Translations under genes and position numbers: made by a program | In this document: piece by piece, positions 36,694 to 49,049 of the stretch | Numbering within the stretch: position 1 is the stretch's first letter | How the letters are laid out: every line of letters begins with the position of its first letter | Notes under the pieces: model-generated | Told to the model about the DNA's origin: nothing | The model's database searches: none | Seen by the model: the letters and a program-made list of their open reading frames with translations, nothing else | Source: Massalongia carnosa | Taxonomy: Eukaryota | Direction: 5' to 3' | DNA length: 64,000 nucleotides | NCBI GenBank assembly: GCA_965645245.1 | Contig: OZ287068.1 | Location: forward strand, 310,001-374,000

Positions 36694-37646
36694 GCTCTGT
36701 CTGTATGTCAAGCACGAGCCGGCAGCGTTTGTACAGAGCAGATTTTTGTATGGAAAGATACTAAGGCAAGCGGGATCCTTTTTTTTAAAACTCGCACTCC
36801 TTGGAAGCTCTATATCAGAGCCCATTGGGATTGCTTTACACCCTCCTCCGTATGCGCTTGGGCAAAAGCTCGAACGAAGCTATACCAATGGGAAGCCCAT
36901 CTATATAGATTTTAGAGTGTGAATGCGGCGGCATGTGAGTCTTGCATTAGAGCAAACCAGGCAGATTCACTCCGCATCACCTACCTAGATTCTCAGTATT
37001 CATTACAACCCCAATCCACAAGAGCCATCGCAGCACATGGTTGCAACATCACATATTCGTTAGCTTTGTGTCTGAGAACAAAAACTATGACACAACAACT
37101 CTTATATTTCCACCCTTTTGGATACATAGACAAAGGAAACGATGTTCAAGAGACTTCATCGCTTGTCTGGCTTGACAAGTTCTTTCAAGCCTGACGGAAT
37201 ACATCAAAGATACGTCGTCATGCATCTAAGTAGAAACCTCGAAAGAGATGTGTAGAGTTGATGTGTCTGCCTTCGTGAATCGTGTCGCCCGATGATTGAT
37301 GGAGTGACCGCCTTGGCCTTAGCGGGCACCGCGAGCTAGAGAAGACCGGCCAAATAACATCAACTCCGACCTTTTCAGTTTTTTACTACGACTACACCCA
37401 CCTGACCGCCGTAACCATCGGCACCGTCATCACTTATCAACGTAAACAACAACAATAGTTATCAACAAACACCTATCCTCATCCTTTCTTCTTCGTCTTC
37501 TTCTTCTTCCTTCCACCACCACCATTTCCCAACTTCTTTCACATCAACCGCGCACTTTTGCCCTCTCATATTGCTGAAACCAAGTTTACCACCCCACTTT
37601 TCGACAGCCTTCGAGGCGCCCTCCTCCATATTTAATTACCACAAAG

Positions 37647-40613
37647 ATGCAGACTCGTAAACGGCGAGAGGCGCAGATTCTGGCTGGCTTGCCGATTTCG
37701 CCTCCGCAGCACTTGACTCCAGAGAGGAGGCGACGTGCGCCGAAGAAGAGGTCTGCCAAACAAGTAAAGAATTCAAGCACTGATACAGACCCTTCGAAAG
37801 ACGCAGACAGTGAGGCCACCGCTTCTTGTATCCCTCCCCGTTTGGCCCCAGGACCGGCAGGTCCGAATGCCTCCCCTAATCATTCCGCGCAACAGCCCCC
37901 TCGTAGGGTGTCAGCGACCCGGCGGAGGTCTTCCGTCGTGCCTCCTATCCCATTTCCGCTGTATACCGAGCCACCAGTGCCCCAAACCCTTATTCACATT
38001 TGGGTAGACGCGTCGACAGAAGTGTTGGCTTCTGTTCGGCCCCTCGATGATCCAAAGATCTCCTTGGCCATCCCTTCCTCCATCGTCCCCGACCTCCTTT
38101 CATTCCTCGCAGGGCGTCCTGCTACCAAGCAGCGCAATCAGCTTACATGCCCTGTAGCCAACTATTCCTTCTCCCCCGACTCTCCTTCCAATAAGCGCAA
38201 GCTTGCGGACGACGCGCCAATGCCTCAGCCCGCCCTACGAGCTCGTATCGAGGCCGCCCCACCATCACCACCACCGGCGGGTGTCAATATCAAGCCTAAA
38301 GGATCTTTCTCCCAAGGCCTTTCACGGCAAGTTCTCGCCGAGTCCAACCTGCAGGCTAAGTCATCATCTCGGCCTCGCCCTTCCGACACAGCATCATCGT
38401 CGGTTTCTTACCGTCAGGTGAAGCGTTATGCAGCTGATGGCAGCTTACAGCTCGGGCTAGAACCAGTACCCATCGGTGCAGATGACGCAAGTATGGCTTT
38501 GTGGCAACCCTCACAAGCAAAGCATCTTGCTGAGAATCGACCACCGCCGGAAGAACTCTCTGAGATCAAAGAGGCCGATAAGTTGCCTCAGAGTTTGCAT
38601 CCGGATATCGCCAAGGATGATGAAAACACCGGAGATCTTCCTACAAAACCTTCAACTGAAGCTTCCGAGCAATCGCAGCGCCAAAACGTACCTGAGACTC
38701 CGCGTGCTCGTAGATGGGGGATTAGTGGCTTGATTGATTCCGCTCGTTCAGTCACAAAGTTTCTTCCAGGCCTGAATCCGCGGCCAAATGTCTTAGCAAC
38801 GGTAGCGGAAGATCCCGTGGACTCGAACACTTCCCCTACACCTATACGCTCTCAGCACACAGCACAAACAGAACCACGACGCAATACTCGTACCGTTCGA
38901 TTTACCGCGGAACCTAGTACCGTTCAATTTACCGCAGAACCTAGTACCGCCAACCCCAAAAAGCCTCGAACCCGCCCAAAACAATCATCATCGAGCGGAA
39001 GGTTCAGGTCAAAGGGGGAGATGACAAAGGCTCGCAACAGAAAATTAGAAAGAGACTTTATGCAAGAACAAGCCAAGATTGTCATCGAGGAAGATGAACG
39101 CAAAGCTAAGGATCTTCAGGCTCAAAATGAACTTCGGCAACAAGCTGTGACGGCGACAACTCCAGGAGCAAAGAGAAAGCGCGTGCCATCTCCGGATGTC
39201 ATACCAAATCCACCCGGTACTAGTTATGGGATGGACCTCGCCTTCTTTGGGTACGATAGCTCGGAAGAGGACGAGAGCGAGATTGATACAACGCCATCAA
39301 AACGTCTAACCAAGTCTCGTCGCATTAGCAAAGAAAAACCAAGTACAGTGATCGTCGGAGACCCAAAGAAAGCTCGCCCGTACAGTGGAACCATATTTGG
39401 AAAGTCGCCTCCCGATTATCACGGAGGGAACGTCTTTGGCGAAATGAATGCATCAAAGGAGGCTACAGAGAAGGTAGTAGCAGCACAGAAGGCTGGTGAC
39501 TTCCAGACGCGGCTCGCTGAGAAGAAAGAAAGATGGGCAAGGGAGAAGGAGGAGAGACTGCGAGAGCTACGGGAACAGCGAGATCTACCTCCAACGCCAA
39601 TCATCACTAACCTAAGCGGGACCTTTAGAGTACCTTCGCCTTCTAGTAGTGATAGCGATTCCGATCCCTCGCCTGAAGAAAATACCGGGCCTCGGTCTCG
39701 GAAGGAATCCAGCAAGGAAAAAGAGTCTGCTCCTCGCGTTGGCCAATCTTCTTCAACAAAATCAGCTACTCCACAACGCAAAGATCCGGAGCCATGGAAA
39801 AAGCCGCCTCCACCACGGCCTACGCCTTCTCACGCAGCTCTACCGCCTACCGTTATATCTACAGATTCGGGAGCACGGTCAAGCCCTACTCGCACAGCGC
39901 AATCATCCTTAAGTGGACCTACAGGACGAACCAACGCTTTGCCATCAGTGAATTCTCACGGTGGATCTAATGAATCCGAGGCTCTGAGGATTCAGAGAGT
40001 GAGGGCTGAGAAATATCTTCCGAAAAAGCCAAGCGGGTTACGCTCAGCGAGCCGAATGAATTCGAGCCCATTAGCAGAACCCAATGTCAACGAAACAGAA
40101 TCGGCTGTTAAACCTGTCGTTCCTGTGCAGAAAGCTTCCTCGACCTACATCACTGGGGTGATGAAACACAAACCAAAAACCGTCAGACCCAACAACGCAA
40201 AGATGAGCACACCGCCGAGTTTGGCTGGAATCACTAATATCACTCAGTCCAATGCCTACGAGGATTACCGGAAATCGGTAGATCCGGTGGTCGCTGCCTG
40301 TCTCGAAGGAGCCAATGTTAACGTTGACGCAGCCAAAGATGCTTTCAAAGCGGGATTGACCTATTTCAAGGTGACCGGAAAGGAAAAAAGCCAAGAGGTG
40401 GCCATTACGAGCACAGCTGCACCAGTTGTTCCCATTTCTCCACAAGGTAGCAAACCAGTCATCAAGTTCGCCATAGATCCGCAGGTGCAAGCTTATATCG
40501 ATTCACAGTTTACTAAAGAGGTCAAAGAAGACGCAATCACAACCTTCCGGAGTAATCTTACAGTCTTTCGCGATTTGGAGAAACCAAAGACCGGCGCTGT
40601 CACGGCAGCATGA
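37647..40613 (+). CDS. Hypothetical 988-aa Pro/Ser/Lys-rich, largely disordered protein
   Basis: Long uninterrupted ORF with NLS-like basic patches and the compact motif KRKRVPSPDVIPNPPGTSYGMDLAFFGY. Confidence 0.85.
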   Translation: MQTRKRREAQILAGLPISPPQHLTPERRRRAPKKRSAKQVKNSSTDTDPSKDADSEATASCIPPRLAPGPAGPNASPNHSAQQPPRRVSATRRRSSVVPPIPFPLYTEPPVPQTLIHIWVDASTEVLASVRPLDDPKISLAIPSSIVPDLLSFLAGRPATKQRNQLTCPVANYSFSPDSPSNKRKLADDAPMPQPALRARIEAAPPSPPPAGVNIKPKGSFSQGLSRQVLAESNLQAKSSSRPRPSDTASSSVSYRQVKRYAADGSLQLGLEPVPIGADDASMALWQPSQAKHLAENRPPPEELSEIKEADKLPQSLHPDIAKDDENTGDLPTKPSTEASEQSQRQNVPETPRARRWGISGLIDSARSVTKFLPGLNPRPNVLATVAEDPVDSNTSPTPIRSQHTAQTEPRRNTRTVRFTAEPSTVQFTAEPSTANPKKPRTRPKQSSSSGRFRSKGEMTKARNRKLERDFMQEQAKIVIEEDERKAKDLQAQNELRQQAVTATTPGAKRKRVPSPDVIPNPPGTSYGMDLAFFGYDSSEEDESEIDTTPSKRLTKSRRISKEKPSTVIVGDPKKARPYSGTIFGKSPPDYHGGNVFGEMNASKEATEKVVAAQKAGDFQTRLAEKKERWAREKEERLRELREQRDLPPTPIITNLSGTFRVPSPSSSDSDSDPSPEENTGPRSRKESSKEKESAPRVGQSSSTKSATPQRKDPEPWKKPPPPRPTPSHAALPPTVISTDSGARSSPTRTAQSSLSGPTGRTNALPSVNSHGGSNESEALRIQRVRAEKYLPKKPSGLRSASRMNSSPLAEPNVNETESAVKPVVPVQKASSTYITGVMKHKPKTVRPNNAKMSTPPSLAGITNITQSNAYEDYRKSVDPVVAACLEGANVNVDAAKDAFKAGLTYFKVTGKEKSQEVAITSTAAPVVPISPQGSKPVIKFAIDPQVQAYIDSQFTKEVKEDAITTFRSNLTVFRDLEKPKTGAVTAA

Positions 40614-41467
40614 TTGCTTACATGTCTATTGAATGGCTAGAAACCCTGGTATTCTACAGATCGACATATGAAATCCCCATGTCCTTTAGATGTTTCTTTT
40701 GTGGGCGCCTTTCGTCGCTTGAACTTAACTCTGTTTAGGCGGCTTTTCCTTTATCTAGGGTTTAACGATAGATGGAAGGCATCGGTTTAATAATCCACCT
40801 GGCTAATTCTTCCGACGATCTCATTTTCGAGCCAACTAAAAAACAAACGACCCTTGTACCACCAACCTTTTCCACTAGCACCGTCCGGCCACCTTACTCA
40901 AGACCCAACCTCTCCGTTTTCCTCCTTTCGTTTTTCTGGGGATTCCTGGTATCGACTAACCTTAGTGTATGTCTACTGGTCGAGTCTCTAGATAAATGAG
41001 AAGGAGAGAAGCGGCCTCTATTTCGCCTTGCCATACATTCTTGCGTCGACTGGCTTTTAGCGCATGTCCGCGGAAATGGACGTCAAGGCAGAATAGATTA
41101 TCATTGAGGTTGGTTTTGAGTAAGGAGAGCAGGAAGGTGTTCGAAAGGGCTGGTTGATCCTAATTCTCACTTAGCAACTCTCATTTCGGTTTATCCATGG
41201 AATCCGGTTTTCGGCGTTTTGCTCGTACCGGACCAAAGGCCAACAAAGATTTAAGAGATGGAAGTGTTTCGCATTTGACTGACTTCGGTGTATGTCTGCG
41301 AACCACACGTATTTCTTCAACTGAGTTGCCTTGCAGGTTTTCCATTCCTTTGGAAAGCTGCAGCGACTAGTTATGGATAAGCCTAGAATGATTGAGAAAC
41401 GATGGAGGAGGAAGTTTGGTAGTTGAGCTGCTGGCTGAGAGCAAGGAGTTTGGAAGGGATAGAAATG

Positions 41468-41530
41468 GGGATTTCTAGGGTTATTTCTGGGGTTATTTCT
41501 GGGGTTATTGCGGGGGTTATTGCGAGTGAT
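41468..41530. repeat. 12-bp tandem repeat (ggggttatttct-like, about 4-5 units)
   Basis: ctagggttatttctggggttatttctggggttattgcgggggttattgcg. Confidence 0.7.
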
Positions 41531-44500
41531 TTTCTTGACTTTACATTTCCCGAGTTTTTCCTTTGTTGTCGCAGGAGTTATTTGTTTTTACTTTTCCCGA
41601 GTTTTTCCTTATTGTGTGGGATCCCAGGGGGAGAAGGGGACGAGGTGGAAGCGGTGACGAAGGCGTTTGAGGGGCGATAACGAAAAGCAAAGAAATCAAA
41701 AGCGATGCCATTTTTCCAACTTCTGATTGTCCCTTGCTTGGCCTTCCTTGCTGGAACGATCAACTTTCATGACCACGAGGAAGGCAGATCGCTGCCAAAG
41801 ATGAGCAACGCACACATTGGCTGATTAGATGTTCCACGATCTTTGCCCTATGCTTTTCCCCTGAAGTCGCCCTATGGGGTATCCCATACCAAAGCTAAGT
41901 ACCTAGGGCATTTTAAAAACCCCTCCATCTCCCTTCCTCATTCTTATCCCCAACCCTCTCTGACAATGCAAGTCCCAGCCCCTCAATCAGCGCATATGCA
42001 CATGGTCCATCGTCCATCATTCGTCCTCAATCCTCAATAATCAATCCTCAAACCATCACCAAGCGAAAGGGGCTCTCTCCTCCTTCATCTTCCCCCTCCT
42101 TCTCTTTCCCTTTCTCTTACCTCCGTTACAACCAACCAATACCCTTCGCTCTGGATATCCATTCTCCCATCTTCCGTTGCTATTTCCTAGCGAAGTCGAA
42201 CCTGACCGAACCGGGCTGAGCCGGCAGTGTTGCGATTGAGAGAACATTTATTTAGATCGAGGGAGGGGAAGAAAGGAAGGTATTTTTTATATATATCTGG
42301 ACCTTCCCTTTGAAAGCTTGTTTCGTCGCATAGAAGGTATAGATAGATAGGTATTTGGTTTTCTGACTGACAAGAGGGGAGGGGTGGTTGGTTGATCTAC
42401 CTAGGCATGCGGTTTTTATGTATATATGTTATGTGATTAGTGGAGTTCCCGGATCGGTGGGGGTTTTGGTGGAGATAGGTTTTGGTAGAAGGGTTGAGAG
42501 GGTAGACTGATTCATATTGATATCCATTACGACAACTAAGATAGCGTTCCTAAGAAAAAAACTCCCCTTTCCTCTCCTCCCCTCTTCCGCCTCCCCTTCA
42601 TCCATATATGTTCTAAAAAAAATAAACAGGAAATAACCCCAGCGTGATGAAAGGGGTGAGATGGGATGTGAACAGCCAAGCCCGATGAGCGGGATTGGCC
42701 AGTCGGGGTTTCCAGAGCTCGAGGTAAACAGCGGTAGACGAAAGTTGGGTGGGGAAGGAGGTTGGGATAAGTGAAAGACGAAAGCACGGCATTCCTTCAC
42801 CTGTTTGCTTGTGGTGGGTGAAAAAAAAAAGAGGTGGTGGGGTGTGAATCAAACATGGACTTTTCGATAGGTGATTAACTTCGCTTGGCGAGGGGTGTAT
42901 AAATCATGGGCAAATTGCAAGCAAGGGAGGGGAGTAACGCAGATACGAACGAACGAATATCGAGCACTTGATCCGTTTATTGTTATTCCTTCTTTCTTTC
43001 AGTTTTCCATTTCTCTTGCTCTTTTACATGTAGAGGAATCGGAATAGAGGAACAGGAATAGAGGAAGTGAAAAAACAAAAGGAAAAGGACGGAGAAACGA
43101 AAGGATAGGAAAGGATGGAGCGGCTGAGTAGGAATTTGCGGCGGTTGAGCTGGAACCCGGGCGTGAAGGGAAGGGAGGGTGGAGAGGAGATTGGTGGAGT
43201 GGGGATTGCCTTTTTTTGGGGGGGTTTTTTTTTTGGTTCAACGGCTTTCATGGTCATCGCTTACCTCCCTTCACTCTTCTGCCTTTACAGCAACACCAAC
43301 ACCAACCCTTTCAGCAGCCTTCAACCCTACTAACCCCCACCTCCTCCCCCAACTTCCTCGAATCCCACCGCACATGGACACGCTGTCGAAGGCATCGATC
43401 GCGGCGCTCGAGGGATTTCTCAATTAGCATGCGGGGCAGGTGGGATGGAGAAGGGGAGTTTTTCACGATTTACTTAGAATCTTGGGGTTTCTTAGTTATT
43501 GTTGGTGGTCTTCGGGTTTTCTGTTGTTGATGATTGGGTTCCTACTTCGTCTTCGTTTTCGTCGTGTCTCGCGTGGGTGGAGATGTTCGGAAGACACGGA
43601 CGCTGCGATTTATCATCATGGAAGACACGGACGCTGCAATTTGTCGTATGCATGCATCTTTAACTTTTCGGAAAACGGCGTCACCGGGAGAACCGTCTGC
43701 ACTATTTTTGCGTAGTGGTGCGCTTGTACAATGGGAATGGATGGGAGTCATGGAAATAGATTCGTGAGTGGTGAGATGACGATGTCGATGAGTTGGATTA
43801 TTGATACGACCGGTTGAGGGATTGAAGAGGAAACGGATTACGAGTGGTTGGTGTTGTGTTGGGTTGGGGATGCACAGCTGACTTAGGGGCAAACAGTGGT
43901 AAGTTACCCAGCCAGCGAGAATGGGGAGGTGATGTTTGGCGATTGACGCTTTTTTGGGGGATCCGAGAACCAGACAGTTCACCCTCAAGTTACCCGGTTC
44001 CGAGGTACTTTGGACGTCCCTCCAAAGTATGTTTTGTCGTCTTTGCGTCGTCTTTTTGCGTCGCGTACTACCGCAAGCCTGCATAACATCACTCGCATGA
44101 CTTCTACATGAGCAGTTCGGGCTGAACTAGTCCGTCGTGAACGGGCGGCAACTCACATGGATCCTCCGTCACTAGCATACGGATCCGAAGTGCAGGTTAT
44201 CGTCGGATTACTCTCTACAGAGTACAAAGTAACTACCTATGATGATGCAGTCGTGGGCGCCTCTCTCCGTCGGGGTTTCCCCCCATTTTCCCTCCTTCCT
44301 TTCAAAGAATCTCTTAGGCTGAAGATCTTATCTTATCTCTGGACAATCTTTCTTCCGGCTCCGACGAACTAAATTCGCCCGTCCTTAGAACCACACGCTT
44401 CCACTCATAATCGAACAGGATGATTCAGACTCCATGACATCAGCACTAATGTGGGCTCGTGGACTCGTGCGCATCCATCATGAGAACATCCTCTGCTCAT

Positions 44501-46188
44501 CGAAGCGAACACAAGGCTCTCTATAGATGGGCAGGTACTCTGTACGCATTCGGTGATTGTCAAAGAGCGGTATCTCCATTATTTCAGCGCCGTAAATCAG
44601 CCTTGTTCCTTCACGGCTAGATATCCATCCCTGGTGGTAAGCATAGAGTATTCTGATCAATCTTCCCTCTCTTCTCCCTTTCTTTTCCAACATAGGTATT
44701 TAATTTATATAGGTTATGGCTGAGAGAGGCTTGACGCCCGTCTGGATTGTCGTGCCTCGGTTACACTAAAAATACTTTGCTCCCATGTACGGAAGTACCT
44801 GGACTTAAACGTGGCTTATGCGTTCTACTTGGGTCCGGTCGCTCCCGTCAGGCATCCCCGCTAATCAGACGAGAGACATATGCGCTTTAAACCCTTTCCA
44901 TCGTCCAGCCAGACGGGTTAATTTCGGGCTGCCAGGGTTCGAGTTGTAGGCAGGGAACGCCAAAGCGGGGAAACTTGACCACAACCCACCCAAACCCACC
45001 AAAACCCTATCAGGATGCGGTTTGAAATGTCCGCTTTGGGCCGCAGGCGTGCAATCTCATCAAACCTGCACCTGGTTCGGTCATCCTATCGCCTAAACCC
45101 CCCCACTGAGGTGAGATGAGACGATGAAGGTGATAATGCCTCATCAAAGGGGAGATTGTCGGGCTGCGCTTCGTGCATGCGCATCCTTGCTCGGATCGAG
45201 CTGATCATGCTCTTTCCTTGTTGTGATCCCTTTCAAGCCCCTTGACGTGTGGATGCTTGGGGATGTTTGGTTCGCTTAGTTGGATGCTTGGAGTTGGTTG
45301 GAACCGCTTCAAATGATTCAGGACTGGATGCCGGGACTCGTTTGGTGCCTAGCGACTTAGGTAATCATCAGATCAAAGGCATTAAGAATCGTTTGCACGA
45401 ATCAAGGATTGGGAGCATGAACAATCCATCCCCTGCACGTCGATCAGCAGACCTCCAATAACAGAGGCTTTCCTCCCGACCTCTACCGCTACACCTCGGA
45501 CGACGACCAGCGGCTCCTTAGCACGATGACTAGTGAAGTACATTCTCCGAGCTGGTACTATGACTTATTTATTAACTTTCACGCATGGTGGGGGATCGAC
45601 TGCCGGATCGCCTGGAATCCTTCAGGAAAGAAAGATCCCAAAAAGTCAGTTCGGACTTCCCAAGCGGCGTTCTCATCAGTACTTCCAAAGCGTGGACGTC
45701 TGCACGGCTACCGTTAGCGCTGTAGTCCTGTCCAATCTCTGTCATCGACACGCCTTACAGCAAATTTACCAACACCCCACATGGCCATACCGTGCTCAGC
45801 CGTATTGCCCCACCAACAAGAAGACGACCATGTATACGGTCACCTCGGCTCCTTCAAGGCTCGTTCGATGTCTTTCCCGCGCGATCGATTGGTCCCTAAC
45901 CCAGCATGCTTTGCGAATGCGTGGACTCGGAACCAGTTCGAGCACACAGCATGATCACCAGAAACGACATCATCCTCCCTCGCAGTACCACTCTCCTACT
46001 TTGGCAGCACATCCGACCACGCGAGTTCGTGGTTGGTTTCTATCTTTTCGTTTTTGTTTTTCTTATCATCTGATGGATGGAAATGACCAGTGAGAGCGTC
46101 GGTGTGATTGTGATTCACCGATTGCGACGGTTTTTTCAATAGTGTTGCAGATACGAGCAGCCTTTCATCGCTAGGGGTAAGCTTGGAC

Positions 46189-46296
46189 AGCTCGACAAGC
46201 TCGACAAGCTCGACAAGCTCGACAAGCTCGGCAAGCTCGACAAGCTCAACAAGCTCAACAAGCTCAACAAGCTCAACAAGCTCAACAAGCTCGACA
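46189..46296. repeat. 9-bp minisatellite agctc(g/a)aca, 12 units
   Basis: Read directly from the sequence. Two degenerate units follow to ~46314. Confidence 0.95.
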
Positions 46297-47003
46297 CGCT
46301 TGACACGCCTGACCGATGACACAGGAGGCTCTGGGTCTTCATTTGCTCTGGAGCAGAAGGAATGGGGTCCGTTCCCTGGACTAAAGCCCCCTTAGTCCCA
46401 ACATTGTGCCCATAGAATCTAATCATAGGCAACCCTAGCGCTACCCCCGGTCACGATGGCCAAGTCGCTGACGCCTCACGAGCGAAGGACGCGTAGCCCT
46501 AATATCATCCGGTTCTCACAACAGACCAAAGCCACCCCTAACCGGATCCGGGATGCCCTGCCCTACCCTGCCCTACCCAACCCTCCCTGTCTTCCCCCCC
46601 CTGTCGGTAGCTTTCTCCAAGTCTTTGAGTTCTTGCTATATACGAGAGACAAGGAGATTCCTCTCGGATACAACCTCTACTTTCATTCACTTTCCCATTG
46701 CTTTACCCCACCTTTCGTTCACCTTCCTGCTCTTCTCCACCCGCCCCCCCCCCCCCTCAACTAACCACCATCAGCACAGTCATCTTTCTCGTTCTTCCCT
46801 CGTGCTCACTGCGGCTTCCTATAATAATAATCTATAATAATACCCTACAATTACTTCAGTAGATAGACACTTCGTTTCGTCTTACTATCTGTCCAGGCAG
46901 AAAACCTATCCCGTGGAGCTCTCGATTACCCGCAAGAAGGAAGCAATCGTTTATCTTCAGCGGCGTTGAGTTGCCTTTTCATCTGATTGCTAGCAGCTGC
47001 ATC

Positions 47004-49049
47004 ATGTTGCAGTCCCGTGTGCTGCCGCTCTTGGCAACCATCCTCTTCGCATCAGTTACCACCGCTCTACCACGAAATGGAATGCCAGATGGCGAAGGAA
47101 CCAATACCATTGATGGTGTACCCATAAACCAAATCCCCACAGGCGGATCGGCACGGGCCTTCGCGCTCGTGGCCAACGACCGGACCGGCTGGACGGCCAC
47201 AGCGGACAGCTACCAAGCAGGCAATGAGCCTCAAAGAGTCCTGGACGGCGATACGGGCACCTTGTGGCATACTCAATATACCCCGAACAGCCCACACCCG
47301 CCGCATTACATCACCATCGACATGAAGTCTGCACGCTATGTCAGCGGCTTGACTTACCAGCCGAGGTCTGATAACAACGCAAACGGCAACATCGGAGAAC
47401 ACACGATTCAGACCAGCTTGGATGGCAACAACTTCGGCCCCAACCTGGCAACAGGTACATATCGTAGCGACGCTGAGCTGAAGACGACGGTGTTTGCCGC
47501 AACCAACGCTCGCTATGTACGCTTAACAGCCTTGACAGAAGCCAATGGGAATGCTTGGTCAAGTGCAGCGGAAATCAACATTCTCTCTGCAAACGGTCCT
47601 CCTCCCTCTGGGGGAGGAGTAGGATCATGGGGTCCTACCATTGACATGCCACTCGTACCCGTCTCGGGAGCGCTGGACCACGATACCGGAAAAGTAATTG
47701 TCTGGTCTTCGTACCAGGCAAGCACCTTTACAGGAGGAAACGGCGGCTTCACGGTGACGGCGACCTTTGATCCGGGTAGCGGAATCGTGACTCAGCGAAC
47801 CGTCACCAACACCCAGCACGATATGTTCTGTCCGGGTCTCTCGCTCGACTTTCACGGTCGACCGACCGTGACCGGAGGTAACGACAACCAAAGACTATCC
47901 ATATATGATTCAGGCCCAGATAACTGGATCAGCGGGCCGAACATGATTACTGGCCGTGGTTATCAAGCGCAAACCACGATATCCGATGGTCGCACCTTTG
48001 TCATTGGCGGCTCATGGAGCGGTGGACAAGGCAACAAGAACGGCGAGATATACAACCCGTCGACTAATTCGTGGCAGGCGCTTCCAGGGTGCCCGGTGGC
48101 TCCTATGCTCACGAACGATCAACAAGGGGTCTACCGTGCCGACAACCACGGCTGGCTGTTCGCATGGAAGGGTGGCTCCGTCTTTCAGGCAGGGCCTAGC
48201 AAAAACATGAATTGGTATGGAACAGACGGTGCCGGCAGCCAACATGGGGCCGGAACTCGCGCTGCAGATACAGATTCGATGAACGGAAACGCCGTCATGT
48301 ATGATGCGCTTAATGGCAAGATCCTGACGTTGGGTGGGGCTCTCAATTATCAAACCGGCCAAGCAACTTTCAACGCGCATGTCATCACCCTCGGCGCCCC
48401 CTACACTAATCCTGCCGTTACGAGAATCAACGACATGTACTTCCAACGTTCGTTCGCCAATAGCGTGGTCCTACCCGATGGTCAAGTCCTCGTTATCGGT
48501 GGTCAAGTTGTACCGCAGCCATTCTCGGACGATACGGCGCAATTAACGGGAGAGCTCTGGAATCCGAATGGCTTTCATTTCGTCAAGATTGCTCCTATGC
48601 CTATTCCGCGCACGTATCACAGCATAGCACTGCTCTTGCTGGACGGCACGGTTCTCAGCGCCGGTGGTGGGCTATGTGGTGACGGGTGCGCGACCAATCA
48701 CTACGACGGTCTAATTTACTATCCTCCATATCTTTACAACAACGACGGCTCCAAGGCAACTCGTCCCCAAATCACTGGCGTGTCCATATACGAAGTGCAC
48801 GTTGGCGGCACATTTACCGCGACGACCAATACTGCTGTTACTTGGTCTCTTATCCGTTACAGTTCAACCACCCACACCGTCAACACGGATCAGCGTCGTA
48901 TTGCCTTGTTTCCCTCAAACAATGGGAACACGTACAATTTCCAACTTCCCAACGATCCCGGTATTCTCCTGCCGGGTTTCTGGATGTTATTTGCGCTGAG
49001 CCCGCAAGGCGTTCCCAGTATCGCAAGGACCATGCATGTCAATCCTTGA
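47004..49049 (+). CDS. Secreted galactose oxidase (AA5_2 copper radical oxidase, with CBM32, kelch and C-terminal domains)
   Basis: Signal peptide and CBM32 (WHTQY..PHYITID). Cys-Tyr cofactor residues in HDMFCPG and RGYQ, stacking Trp in GGSWSGG, Cu ligands in RTYHS and TTHTVN. Confidence 0.95.
   Translation: MLQSRVLPLLATILFASVTTALPRNGMPDGEGTNTIDGVPINQIPTGGSARAFALVANDRTGWTATADSYQAGNEPQRVLDGDTGTLWHTQYTPNSPHPPHYITIDMKSARYVSGLTYQPRSDNNANGNIGEHTIQTSLDGNNFGPNLATGTYRSDAELKTTVFAATNARYVRLTALTEANGNAWSSAAEINILSANGPPPSGGGVGSWGPTIDMPLVPVSGALDHDTGKVIVWSSYQASTFTGGNGGFTVTATFDPGSGIVTQRTVTNTQHDMFCPGLSLDFHGRPTVTGGNDNQRLSIYDSGPDNWISGPNMITGRGYQAQTTISDGRTFVIGGSWSGGQGNKNGEIYNPSTNSWQALPGCPVAPMLTNDQQGVYRADNHGWLFAWKGGSVFQAGPSKNMNWYGTDGAGSQHGAGTRAADTDSMNGNAVMYDALNGKILTLGGALNYQTGQATFNAHVITLGAPYTNPAVTRINDMYFQRSFANSVVLPDGQVLVIGGQVVPQPFSDDTAQLTGELWNPNGFHFVKIAPMPIPRTYHSIALLLLDGTVLSAGGGLCGDGCATNHYDGLIYYPPYLYNNDGSKATRPQITGVSIYEVHVGGTFTATTNTAVTWSLIRYSSTTHTVNTDQRRIALFPSNNGNTYNFQLPNDPGILLPGFWMLFALSPQGVPSIARTMHVNP

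Noticed and set aside
45996..46432. ORFs with LVE, SLL or STS repeats
   Set aside because: These are translations of the 9-bp minisatellite, with no ATG start or other coding evidence. The array has no spacers, so it is not CRISPR-like.
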